Shown: positions 37,465-50,773, counted from the stretch's first letter. The stretch is DNA of 64,000 nt from Trichosphaerium sp. ATCC 40318 (GCA_038496445.1 JALMLS010000378.1:124001-188000), one strand, 5' to 3'. The notes: generated by a model from the letters alone, not told the origin. Program-made: numbers and translations.

Positions 37465-39102
37465 CCTTGGTACACTGTTCTGTGGAATTTGCACTTTTGC
37501 AACGTATCGAATGATCTCGCCTACCTACGTTTCGCGGCAGATGTCCAAAATCTCCGATAAAATCCATGGATTAAAGGTCATCTGCCACGAAATTCATGGG
37601 CTATTGTTCTAAAAATCTATCTTTGTATGTTCACTGAACTTTTTTTGGTGTGACATGGTGACAAAGAGAAGCAAACAAAACAATAATTTTTGAGACAAAG
37701 TTGCGATGCGTTTAAGCGATTGTTTGATTTACCAGTTTGACTTTATGAATAGTTTGTACTATCGCCAAAGCCATCTTAGATACATTTACAAACAACGCTG
37801 TGGCAGCAAGGAGTTTTAGGACCATATAAAAATCAGTTAAATTTCTATTTCATCGATTTTATTGGTTTTCATTGTTTGGTTCAATCCCACAATTCTTTGT
37901 TGGAAATACGCCATGTTCAAAACTGAAATTATACTTAAAAGTAATCTCGTTCGATTATGGCTCAAGCATATAGCTAGCCAACCCATTGCGCACCAGTCGA
38001 AGATTCACTGGTCGCATGGGTTATCACCCCATTTCTCAAATCACTCCAGCCGCAGCCATTGCACCAATTAAGCGAGGGGATTATCCGAGCAGCAATGCAT
38101 ATAATTTAGTATCATGGCACCGAGTTACTTCTTTTTTTGTATCAACACGCGATCCTTGTCAAAACGGGCAAGGGGCTGGCTTAAAAACCAGTCAAACTGT
38201 AAAGAAAAAAACTACTTGCTAAACTGGACAGTGATCTTCGTAGCGCATAAAATGTTTACATTGCGTGACTGCTAGTCACTAAAACTGAGAACCGTGTGCA
38301 CTCCTTTGTTAACATCTCGGAACGGTAATCCGTGAGACCGAAGCTCAACTCTGAACTCATAGATTAGGACCGTTTCTTTTCCGACCATTACATGCTAATG
38401 TTACACAGCTTGTTGTGCTTTTAAACCGTTCACATGGAAAAAGTTCAATGTAGGAATTAGCATTGCATTGAGTAATAGATAAAAGAGCCACTAATGCGAG
38501 CTGAAGCGTGCAAGGGTTGCAGGCAATAAATAGAAATGTTGATTGTAAACAGTATTTGCAGTGTTTCGTTCTTGACCGGAGAAACAAAATCTCCCTATTC
38601 GTGTTTTGCACAAGAACCAACACACAGTAAACTATACATTTTAGAGCCAAAATATTGAATTCAAAAAAAGGACGTTAGGGGTTGCAATTCAATGGTTTTT
38701 TTTTTTTGGTTTTTTCTCGAAATTGTTTTGCATGTTAGCAGCTTGATAGGACACTTTGTTTGTTTGTTGTTTAGATAAAGTATGTAATTCCACAATTTAG
38801 CTTAATAAGGCTAAATCAGCTGAAACTATTTCTAGATTCATCAACCTGAGGTCTACATACCATGCCATATACTCTCTACGCGATAAAATTCGTTTTAAGC
38901 GCTTTTCCCTTTCCCTCCTCTTTAGTATACTTAGTTTGTTTTTATCTTTCTCGAAACAAGTTGTGATGCCTTTAGATTAGTGCTGACACTGTTTTTATAT
39001 TATTTTATTGTTCGACAAAAAACGGCAAGGGCAAACAAGGAATTTCTTTCGGACGTTTTTTCTTCCGTTAGAAGACTCAATATTACCAATAGATAGTACC
39101 CA

Positions 39103-42100
39103 ATGGCATCTCACTCGTCGTCCCTTGCTTCGGGTTTGTCTTCTGGGTCACGCATATCAAATGCGAGTAAGAGCTCTGAATCAGGCTACAGGTTTATATT
39201 ACCGTTTTTGATAACCTTGTGCGTGACAATATCGTAGGACGGGTTTCTTAATAAAAAGAACAAATACCGAAATAAGTTCCAACAACTGTGGTTTGAACTA
39301 GATGAAGTGGCTGAACAGGTATACAGGCCATCTATAACGACTTTAAATAAATTAACGGCAAATAAATAGGTTACATACTATACAGCTGATCCCAGCCTTG
39401 GAGCAATGAAGTGTAGAACAAAAGGTAGTATAAACTTAGAAAAAGCAGAAATTACATACAAATGCACTTCAATGCCGAAAATTGAAATAAAAACAAAGGT
39501 ATGAGCGTTAACGAGAGTTTGGGAACGCTTTTGTAAAACACAAAAAAATCTTCACCTAACTTTATGCAAATTGCCTCCCTGCTCTTGACTAATCTTTGTA
39601 ACTCATAGAAAGGAAGAAAATATGTGTTACAAGGTGAAACACCAGGTATGGAACGTTTTTTCATTCAAAACTAAATTGCTTCTTCACAAATCGACTTTAC
39701 GCGCTTTTTTGTGCGTAGTGGCCAGTGTTTATTTGCTGATTATTATTTTTAAAATAGATAAAATGAAGTTGTGGCTTCAGGATTTTGTAGCAGTTCGTGA
39801 TTTTGCTAGTTCTGCGTTAGAAATGAAGGATAAATGGAAAGATGCACCTGAAGAGTGTCAAGCTTGTTTGGTGGGAAGTGACAGTGACCAAGAAGAGGAA
39901 GAAGAAGAAGATATTGAAATGGCTAGTATTGATAATGAAGAGCGTAAGCGTCATTGAATACTTGTTGTTAAACCTGTTTCAATTATTGGCGAAAACTCAT
40001 TTTCGAGTAGTTTGGAAAGTACCTATAGTAGACTTGGAGCAAAATACGCGTAACTTTGGTGATGTTATATCAGAAAACTTGACCATGGTTGTATTTTTGA
40101 GACACTTTGGATGGTGCGTAGCAGGATCCCCCAAAGCCATGTTATTCACTCTTTTTTTTTTGTTTAGTATGCTGTGTAGACGTGCCTGTGGTCGTGTTTT
40201 AAAAAGCCGTAAAGTGCTTGAAGAGATGGGTATTACTGTAATTGCTATAGGCCATGGTTCACCTGAGAGTGCAAAGAATTTTAAAAAGGAACAAATGTTT
40301 CCTGGTACGCTTATTTTCAACGCTGGAGGAATTTCTTTATGTGCTTACATGACGTGTAAATAGGTAACATCTACGTGGATCAACAAAAAACCTTGTACAA
40401 AACGTTTAACCTCAGGAGAGGATTAAAGTACTGTGTATCACTAAAGACACTTAAAGCAGCAAAACGAGCGTTTGCTGAAGGTTATCGGCAAGGAAGAACT
40501 CAAGGTGATGATAAGTACGTTGGTTTAGTAGTACAGGTTGTTGAGCTTAATAATAACGTGTTTATAGGCAACTTGGCGGTACAATTATTCTTTCAAAGGA
40601 ACGAGGCATTGTTTTCCAGCATATTGAACGCTATGCTGGTGAAGCAATGGATTATGAGAAGCTCTTGGAATCCGTAGTTAAGTTTGCTGAAGACCACCCT
40701 ATTGACGTGTGGACAAGCGCGTCATTACCCAAAGACTGGAAGAACGTTGTATGTGTCTTATTTACTCATTTTGTGTCTTTTTTCCAAAAAATCTAAATGA
40801 ATTGTAGCTATCTAGGATTAAGACCCGTATGCTTACCCCTTCGACCTCTCTTGTTTATGAAATTGGTCGTAATAATGTGATATATGCTGCTCCACAACAT
40901 ATGCCTCTTATTGATGATATACTGTTCTACAACGCTTACTTCTTTAAAGATAGTACGTAACTTTTTGGTTTTTTTTGTGGTTTGGTTTGTTTTTACCTTA
41001 CTGACATTTATTTCAACAGTCAACGCTAGTATTTGGATTAATACTGGCGCAAATGCTGCAGATAATCCTGCAGTTGTTTGTTTGAAGAAAAATGATGTTC
41101 AAGGCGTTCGTAGAGGATTATTCTTCTCAGTTGAAGTAAGTTTTTTACTTCCTTTTTTTTTTTTCGTATTTAATTCTTGTAACTTCCTTCCCTTATTAAT
41201 ATTTTAATGTAGGGTATATATCGTAGAGTTGTACCTGCACGTATAACATCAATGAAAGAGAAACTTAAATTTATTGTACGAGCTGATGATGACACTGACG
41301 AAGAACTGGATAAATACAATTTCGTCAGGGTACAAATATCCACAAAAAACTAAGAACAAATTAATGACTCTATTTTTAGATCAGAAATCCGTCTATTTAT
41401 AATGAACTCCTCACCCTTGAGTCTAAGATTGCTCATAAAAGAAACTACTCTATTGGTGTTCTATATGCAGCCAATGGTCAGCTGACTGAAGATTTATGGT
41501 ATAGAAATGGTACAACAAAAAACCTTTTGTTTTACCCTGTTAAACTCTAGTATTGATGCCTTTTATAGTGAACCATTCTCCTCGGTTTGAAGAGTTTTTA
41601 TGTTTCTTGGGTAGAAGAATATCTCTTCGTGGACACACAAAGTATTCTGGAGGTCTAGATACAAAGAGTATGTCATTTGCATACTTTTTGTTTTTTTTTT
41701 GGACTTTGTTTTATTTATTTATGCTTAGCCGATTGTAATGGTAAACAAACAGTTTATGCAAGTTTGAAGGATGTCCAAGTAGTATTTCACGTTTCTACGC
41801 TCATCCCTGATCATCCTACTGATCCATCAAGGTATTTTTGTTATATTCTTTACACAAAGTCTTTTATATGTTGCCTTAACTGTTAACTTCAGGAAACGGT
41901 TCATTGGTAATGATGCAGTTGTTATTATTTTCAGAGATAATATTTCTGAGCCATTAAACTTATCTTTGATACATTCACAAGTAAATCGTGCGTTTAAAAG
42001 ATAAAAACGAAATACTTGGTTTTTTAAACGATTTTTTTTAGAAGTATTTGTTGTTGTTAGTAAGGAGCTTGGCCCTGATAAGACAACTCAATATCGAGTT

Positions 42101-42872
42101 GAAATTGCCCATAAGAGGCCTATAACACCTTACCCACCATTCTTACCACACCCTGCTCTTCTAGAAAACACACCAGCGCATCGATTGTTGTTCTTATCCA
42201 AATGTAATTTTTTTACAGTTTTTTTCTTGATATTAACTAATGCTCTCTTATTAGTAATAAATGCTGAGCGTACAGCAATAAATACAGTACCTCTTCTAAG
42301 AAAGAGACTTGAGAACTACAGAAAACAATCATTAACAGCGCTAACAAAGAAATACAAGGTAGTCCACTTACGCATTTTTAGGCTTTTTTTGAACTAACGT
42401 TCTTGAAACCTTAGAAAAAGTCTGCACGTGCTCAACTCAAAATACCATCTCCACGAGCTCCAACGGCGAAAGGAAACACTGCCGGGAATCCACCTGTAAG
42501 AGCACAGTCAGCTAGAGGCCATCCTAGGCCAACTAGACAAATGTCCATGCTTATGCAAGAAAAAGAATTCTTGCGAAGATTGAAGGGTAACAAGAATGGT
42601 CGTACTGCTATAACTGTGAGAGGTTCTCCTAAGCAAGAACGTATAGTCAAAGACAAGGATAGACGAAAGACAATAAGTTTAGGCGGTTTTCAGCCTCCTA
42701 AAGTACGTCATGATTTATTTTTGTTTTGTTTCCGTTTCTTATTTTTTTCCTTCTTTTTCTTACTGATTAGACAAAGCGCGCCATGTCTACTTCTATGCTT
42801 CCTGTTCAAAAGAAGAAACAACAAAACAATGATGCGTTTATAAGAAACTTTGCTTCGAAGGTTCACAAGTAG
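39103..42872 (+). CDS. PH + peroxiredoxin-like 2 (AhpC/TSA_2, CxxC) + Rap-GAP fusion protein, multi-exon
   Basis: PH-like GFL.K...FQQLWFEL...MKLWLQ; VVFLRHFGCMLCR, YVD...LYKTFNL, QG...QLGG; RapGAP IGVLY, FEEFL.FLG.RI.L.GH..YSGGLD, VFHVSTL, RKRFIGND, INAE. The domain-linking exon junctions checked are in phase. Confidence 0.85.
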
Positions 42873-43174
42873 AGCCAAAAAAAATAGCCAATTGGTTTTG
42901 GCGATTTTCCTCCTTCCACTCTAATAAAAATTGTACAGTAAATTATTGAATGCTTGTGTAAGTAATTAGTGGGTGTCTGCATCTGTAACGCTTGGTCTAG
43001 AGTTGCTGCGATTGCTTTGTTAGGCTTGCATTTGGTCTTATGATGTATAATGCCGAACTACAAGAAGAATCAGCATCTTTAGGTGACAACTTGTGAATTT
43101 GTTTGGCTTAATTGTGTAGTGTTAAGTACTGTTGAAAGTTTTTCGCGCTTACAGTAAGAGCAAGTTCGATTCAA

Positions 43175-46132
43175 ATGCCCCCAAAGAAAAAGAAGAAGAT
43201 TGTAAAGAATCCTTGCGAAGGTACGAGATATTTAACGCTTGTTCGTGGAATATTTCTACTAACTTACCTCACAGGCATGGTTTTCTGTCTTAGTGGGTCT
43301 CTTTCTGCTTCTAGGACCGTTATAACGAATAAAATCGTTGCCAATGGTGGTACGCCTTGAAAAACCTTTAAGCTGCTCTTTTGAGCGATTAAAATGTGTT
43401 GGTTGTATTAATATCTTTTTTAAAAGGTGTTGTAAAGAAAACAGTTACAAACGCTGTAGAAATATTAGTAACGACGCCAAACGAAATTTCTGATAGTACA
43501 AGCAAGGTTAATAAGGCTAAGATGTTGTCAATTCCACTTGTAAGCGAAGATTACCTCGACGCTTTATTTGCAGGAAAAAAAGCCAAACCAGACGACTACC
43601 TACTATCTGATGATATGGACGTAGGTGATGATGATGAAGACGAATCAGAAGAAGAACACGTGCCTAAACCGAAGAAAAAGGTCGTTAAAATCGCCAAGAA
43701 AAAACCTGCACCAAAAAAAGTTGTTGCAAAAAAAACTGCGCCTGTGAAGCAGAGGGGTATCAAAAGAAAGGCTGATGGGACGCGTACGTATTACTACATA
43801 CTTTATAGTACTTTAGAGTATTATTAAGCTCATATGTGCGCGTTTAGTTGATGCGAACAGACTCTTTAAAAAACTAAAACCTGATGAATGTTCGAAACCA
43901 CCTAAAGTAAAGACTTTTACTGTTGGTAAAGCTGGAGAACCTTCTTTTACTTCAGACTATATTATAGAGGAAAATATTGTATTACAACTTACTGATATTG
44001 GTAATAACAATAATAAGTATTATGCACTTGAGCTACACAGTGGAGGTAGGGTTTCATTTTCGAATAAAATATTTTATCATTTTCTAACTTTTTTCGTAAT
44101 TCAGACGGTTCTTATCGTGTATTTACTCATTATGGGCGTACTGGAGATCTTGATACAAATCCTAATGCTGGTGTTCGACAAACAAGATACTATGATGACT
44201 TGGAAGGTTAACATTTGTGATTTTTTTGGAACTATTTTACCTTTTTTCGTTGACACTTTCTCATATTTTTCAGATGCCCAAGCTGGTTTCTATGGAATAT
44301 TTAAAAGTAAAACGGCCAAGAGTAAGGGATACAAACCAGTAAATCTAGCTTCTAGCAAGATTGGAAGCTTAAAGGTGGAGATTTTTCTTTCTTAATCGTT
44401 AGGTTGCTTAACCCTATTATAGGCACGTGGGCAATCAACAACAAGCTCAGGAACAGGTAAAGTCAGAAAAGTAACAATTAAGACGAAACCTTCCACATTG
44501 GACCCACCTGTATGTACAAACAGACAGTTGTTTTTTAATGCTTCAAAAAGGAATTGCGCTGACTTAGTACCTTTTCCTTTAGGTTCAAGCTTTGATAAAG
44601 AATTTATACGATGCTTCTGTTAGCTCACTTGTTGGTTCTGTGTCTGTTCAGATTACTGAAGATGGTATAACATCGTGAGTACCAATACTGTTACATAGAA
44701 AATAGTGTTAAAGAAATTTCTTTTAGGTCACTTGGTGTACTTAGCTTGGACCAAGTTGAAGAAGGAGAGTCCATATTAGACGAGATATATCAAGAAATTA
44801 AGGTGATAGATTATTATATTTTTCATGGAAGTCATTGTTAACAAGTGTTTCTTAGGGTAAAAACAGAAAGACAGTTTTGGGTAGATTATCAGGAGAGTTC
44901 TACACTGCAATACCTCATAAACTTGGACGTAGTAAAGCAGCTATAAGTGCTGCTGTAATATCAACACAAGAGACTTATAAAGACAAGAAGGAACTTCTTC
45001 AGCTCATGAGTGATATGGTCAATGTACGTGCACTGTTTTTTTTAACACTTCGTTCGTTTAAGGACGTGAGTCTAAGGCATTTCGGGTTTTAGGTTAATTC
45101 AGGAGAGCAAGGAAATATTCTATATTCTGATGACTTGGACGCCAAGTATAAGGCTCTAGGAGCAGAAATAAAACATGCACGTGCTACTTTTTTTTTTGAA
45201 GATTATTGCTGATATTCTTCTTTTTTTAGCTTAAACGTGATAGCGCTGAATGGAAGAAGGTTATGTCACATCTCCATTTAACTCAAGAGAGAGAGCTCTT
45301 AGGAGAAGAAGACGCACTTACAGAGGTAAGGACGAACCATTAGGAGATTTGAGATCCTACTTGTCGATGTAACGTTAATTGCTGTTTTTTTTCCTTTAGG
45401 GATGGGAAGACGAGTTGAATTATGAAGTCAAACAAATCTTTTCTGTTAAGCGTAAAGCAGAGAGAAAAGCATTTAATAAGAGTGTTGGTAACGAGAAATA
45501 CTTATACCATGGATCTCGTGCGAAGGTACAAAAGCAATCAAGCAAACAACAACCATGAAACTAAAGTTTTTTACCTTAGAACTTTGTTGGACTTCTGAGT
45601 CGTGGTATTCTTATGCCTCAGGCTGTGACTAAGCTAGGTATTCGTAGAACTGACTTTGGATGGCTTGGTGCTGTACGACATCATTGAATAGTTTTTTTGA
45701 CTGATGACGGCGTAACTAGGGTATCTACTATGGAGACTGTTATGAGACTTCTGAGCAGTACTGTGAGCCTGCTAACAATGGAAACAGTTATTTTTTCTTA
45801 AGTAATGTTGTACGTATTCTAGATGTTGGCTGAAAGGTTATTTTATGTTACATACTAATGATTCATCATCAAGGCACTTGGAAAGATTGCTAAACAAACA
45901 AAACAAGATGGCACAATCAAAGCACCGCCAAAAGGGTATTAAACTTATTTTTTTTTTGGTTGAAGATTTCTTTGTCTTCTCTTTCGTTGTTCTAAATTCA
46001 ATCATTAGATACGATAGTATACATGGAGATCCAGATGCTGATGGTAGTGAGTTTGATGATAACGAATTCTGTATCTATAATCCAAAGCAACATTACATCG
46101 CATACCTCATTGAGTGCGAAACAAACATGTAA
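43175..46132 (+). CDS. Poly(ADP-ribose) polymerase (BRCT-WGR-regulatory-catalytic), multi-exon
   Basis: BRCT FCLSGSL...; WGR NNNKYYALEL...HYGRTG; PARP-reg FYTAIPH; catalytic LYHGSR, GWLGAGIYY, DNEFCIY (H-Y-E triad). Confidence 0.92.
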
Positions 46133-47034
46133 CCTCAGCTCGATTGTAGAAATGTTAACCGGTTTTAACAATGTGATTGTCACTCGCAGATGTTTTAATG
46201 CGCGATAACAAGGTTATGAATGTTGTGTTCTTACAATGGTTAACAATACAATACTATTTAGTAAAGCATGACTTTGTTTTTGGACTGGATATCGGTTCTT
46301 ACTTTTTCGTTTTGACCTCTACCCTCACCTAACAGATACTTGCAAATATTTATGTCTTAATACTTCATTACTCCATTTACCCAATACAAAAATACTGTAG
46401 AAAATAGTGATGAAGATCATGGTTGGATGTTGTTAGCTCGACATTATTGGCATGTTTTGTTTTTTTGTTTGTTTTTTTTTGCGTTTGGCACTATCTAGAC
46501 ATAACTGTGGTTATGTTCAGAACAACAATCAATACATGTAGAACAGTCTTGGTACGGTCTAGACCTAGTTTCACAAAGTCAGAGAAAATGCAAAAAAGTC
46601 ACCCAAGAATTGCACAATGCCATTTGATCGCCGCAAACACTTTACTGTTTGAAGTTATTCCATCGAACGGTTCAGTTACTTAACACGATTTTCTTTGCAC
46701 TCTCTTGATGTTGATAAGAATTCTAAAAAACAAGCAGATACACCTAGGAAGTGCACTAAACAAATATAAGTACACTGTCCTCACCTGGTGAGATACTTTT
46801 GTTTTAATCTGACACACCATCTCAAGTACTTGGACATTAAGAATATCCATTAAGTAGTACCTACAAGGTATTGAGGTGAATATCGATATTCTCTTGTGAT
46901 AAGAATAGGTAAAATACACGAAAAAAAAATCCAGTTTTTTCAAGTCAGGTACTAAGTAGTTACAACCAACGCAAAGGTCCTTGACAACTTTATTTTTATT
47001 AGGAGTGTACTACATCAAGGGTTCATATAAGTGT

Positions 47035-47541
47035 TTATGGTGGAGGTATTCCCAAACAAGCATGTAGAATGGCTATCTCCCATTTGGCCATTTTTTTGTC
47101 ACCAACGCAAATACCTGCCGGCTTTTTCTTGCTTGAAGGAGCGTTCAATGAGATAGAATTATATCCAAGGTTACCTTCTTTCTTGATTGACCACCCACTT
47201 ATAACAACCTTGGGAACATCAATTGTCAGCTTCTTGTCAAGTGCCTTGTAAAGCACAAGGTTAATGACAGCTGCAAGCTGTTCATGTGCTGATTGGTCAA
47301 CATTTGGTTTGAAATGGCCCATTGCAAGTATGATATGATTCGGTAAGTATATTGTAATACCCGTGTATCCTTCTTTGTGCTTTTTAGGCATTCGTGGTTC
47401 TTCCATCACCTTCCGATTCAAGAAAACTATTATTTTGTTTTTCGTTGCTGATATTTCGATTTTTCCTTTTTTTTTGGGGTGTAGATCTTTGAATTTGTCA
47501 CTGTTGAGGTACGCCAGAAGTTTTTTCTTGTCTTTGCCCAT
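47035..47541 (-). CDS. Hypothetical basic protein (168 aa, intronless)
   Basis: ATG-started stop-free ORF with protein-like composition; no motif recognised. Confidence 0.5.
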   Translation of the reverse strand: MGKDKKKLLAYLNSDKFKDLHPKKKGKIEISATKNKIIVFLNRKVMEEPRMPKKHKEGYTGITIYLPNHIILAMGHFKPNVDQSAHEQLAAVINLVLYKALDKKLTIDVPKVVISGWSIKKEGNLGYNSISLNAPSSKKKPAGICVGDKKMAKWEIAILHACLGIPPP

Positions 47542-48528
47542 CTCTTATTGCTTAGTGTTGGTTATTGTAAGATTTTGATGTACACTAAAAGTTAAGTCAC
47601 TGTATTTTAAATGTTTCACGTGAAAGTCACGTGATTTTCAGGTGAAAACTTTTAATTCTCATGAAAACTACTTTGCGTTCCTATTTTCTCTCGTTGATGC
47701 TTCACAGGAAGATACAGTTTCTACTGACTCAATGTATAAAATAGGAGAAACTTGGGAATCCTCCCGACTTGCATTGTTTTTGTGTTCCAATGTGAAACGC
47801 CAACTGAATTATTCATGAGATATAATTTCTCTGTATTTCTCGTTACTGACTCATAAAAATTTAGAAAAAGCTAGCTAATCGTTAGTTTTTTCAAGTTTAT
47901 ATGTATATGGTAGATCACTCTGAAGTACTTGCAATGACAATGTAATGTGAAGTGTATTACTGCACGCCAAAAAAGAATGTTCTTTTGTTCAACTAGTAGG
48001 CCTTGTTCTCAACTTTCAAAGAAAGTCCAGTTGTACATCATGTGCAATACGACTGGATAGTCTTGTCACAATATTAGTAGGATAAACACTACCACATCCC
48101 AGCTATAGCAATCATATTTCGTACAATAAATTCTGAGTTCCGCCTTGTTTCTTACTGAAACGTTGCTCTTGAATGTTTGCTTCACTTACCATGATGTTCT
48201 TTCGAACATAAACTAACAAAAGCATGTGTTGAAAACAGCCATTAACTCTAGACCTTGTTATTGGTAGGGGGTATCACTCATACAGCAATTCAGTGTCAGA
48301 AGTTATCTGTACTAGCAACCATGCTTGAAGAACAACTTTAACAAGAGTAAGAATAAAACAAAACAACATGTTGTTTTTAGTTAGTCCGACCACCGTGATG
48401 ATGCATAAATTTAACAACGGCTATGTATTTGGTAATCTATTAGAGTATTAAGTCATCGGTTGGCATTCACATGATATACACAGACGTTGAAAATAAGAAT
48501 TAAATAGCACAAATTGTTTTTTTGGTAT

Positions 48529-50773
48529 TTATTTGGAAGGTTCCAACTCAAGTGATATTGCATGAAAATCAAAGTTAGTCTTATTACATTGCCATCCAGT
48601 GACTAAGGTACGTATATAAGGATTTGATAAGAACGGATATTGTGGCTTTATCAACTTGAAGAACCGACAAGCAAAAACAAATCTTGCTTTTTGTTTTTTT
48701 GCATTAAAAAACACTTTTGATTCTCCTTGTGGAGACCACGTCGATTCATGACCTTCATGAACATATGTAAGATCAGCTAGTGATAAACCAAGATAAGGCA
48801 CTTGAGGTAATAAGCCTATCTCACGTTCCCTTCATTGACAAATGAGCAAACTGAATGTCATTAAAAAAAAAAAAGAACGCACTTGAGGAATGTTCTTAAA
48901 GGTAGGTATGACTTCTCCCTTGTTAATAGCGATTTCGCTTTAAAGTATTTGATTTTGAGGCCATCTGAAATCTATGTTTAAGGTGTGTCAGATAAACATC
49001 AAGGGTGTTTGTTGTAGTACACAAGACCATGTTTTTTTAAGTCGATACACTGAACTGTTTTCAAGAGAAGAAATGACACACATAGCTTCGTTTGAGTTGC
49101 CAAGGTTAATCAACTCTGTCAAGAACCGTATGAGAAAAGAAATGCGATAAGCTCGTTTCTTGGGCGTGGGTTCTATAAGAACAGCATTTGTCATGAACGC
49201 TGACATCTAAAGAAAGAAAATAATAAGAATATTAAAGAGCATTGAAGGGTTTAATTGGTTGGTTATAAGTACTTGATTAAATCGATTTATCAGCAATTGG
49301 AGGCCTTGAGGAAGAGGTCGACCTGTATAGTATAGCATATCACCACAGTTCAATTCTTGAAACCTAATAGCAATGTCAAAATCCAACTCGTGATCTCAAC
49401 GCTATATATCTTCTCCAATAAAGCAACAATCAACGTACATTTCATTTGAGGCTAGCGTTACTTCTATAGCAACTTCTTTTGGAGGAATATCCCACAGGTT
49501 CCCTTTGTCAATCAGTTCTCTCTTTGTAGGTCTTGTAGGTGCCAAAACACTTCCAGGCTTTGAGTTGAAACATATGAGTGGTCTCTACAGTATCCAATGA
49601 ATTAAACAAAAACTAACCTAAGTAAGAGAAATAGCTAACCTTTAGGTTTGTAAAGCACTTGACCCTGTCGGTAAAAGCACTATTTACTATTTCAAATTGA
49701 GGACCATCGAGGCTGTAAATGAAGTCCTTGAAATCTGGAGCTAGTGAGACATCTCCAAAACTCTCTATTGCTACAGTTGGATATAGCGGTAGGTTCTCAA
49801 GCATAAACGCAAGAAATTGTATTATCCTTGAGACAAATAAGTAAGATGTCTTATTACAATAACTAGTTAAAATAACCTGTTTGCTGAACATTCAGTACTT
49901 GTCTTATATCTTCTTATTAGAGCCTTCACTAAGAGGGTTGGAAATGAAGGTAACTTCATCCATCCACCAATTGCTAATGCAATGAACTCACCTTAAAGCA
50001 ACGAGTATGTGAACAAAAAGAACTCAATAAACAAGTATTAAGACTTACTTGATACATCGTAGTGTTTGTATTTATGCATTATGTCTAGGCAATCAACTTC
50101 ACAGAATTTGACAGGATGTGCGATAATATCAACAATTCCTTCTATTGTACATCCTTTGAGTTGCGTAATTATACAAGGATCTTGATCATTTGACAACAAA
50201 GACAAGCTATCAAGCTTTCTAAATTTACCATAGAACAACTAAAACAAATGACTTAATTCTCATGCATGTGAGTGTATACCTACCTCTTCTATACTAGGAT
50301 GACGCTGAAGTAGTTCTGTATTTGGATATTTTGCCATTTGTACAAAAACAGGCCATGAAGCCTTTGAACTTGAGATTGCTTGTTCCGCTGTTTGGTAAAA
50401 AAAAAGGTTAAGTGTTTTCTCTTTTTTTTTTGATAAACACATGTGGCGACACGTGAAAATATCTTCACTTACCATCTTCGTATGATATACCTAAGCTATG
50501 AACAAATGATTTCTTCCATGTTGCTGGGTGGTTGATAACTTGCTGCCATGTTTTACAAACCTATTACATTAACCGAAATGTAAGCGTATATGTTTGTAAT
50601 AATAGGCCTGTTTTCACAATGTCAAGAATCGTTAGGACTTACTGAGGCATTACTGGTAAGTTGAGAGAGTTGCAAATTTCGAAAAACCCATTAAATACGT
50701 TAGTATAAGCGAAGTGAAGGTATCAATGTACATAAATAAGTATTTCAGGAGGTACAACTTGTATGTCGCTCAT
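48529..50773 (-). CDS. F-box + RasGEF (CDC25-domain) protein, multi-exon
   Basis: Spliced N-terminus MSDIQVVPPEILIYVFRNLQLSQLTSNASVCKTWQQVINHPATW (F-box); CDC25 motifs PPKEVAIEVT, INRFNQMS, LGNSN...ISSLENSSVYRLKKTW, VPYLGLSLADLTYVHEG. Confidence 0.82.

Noticed and set aside
38050-38095. U1-like ATTGCAC loop and SRP helix-8-like AGG...AGCAG
   Set aside because: No U1 5' ACTTACCT end and no GNRA tetraloop; insufficient for an RNA gene call
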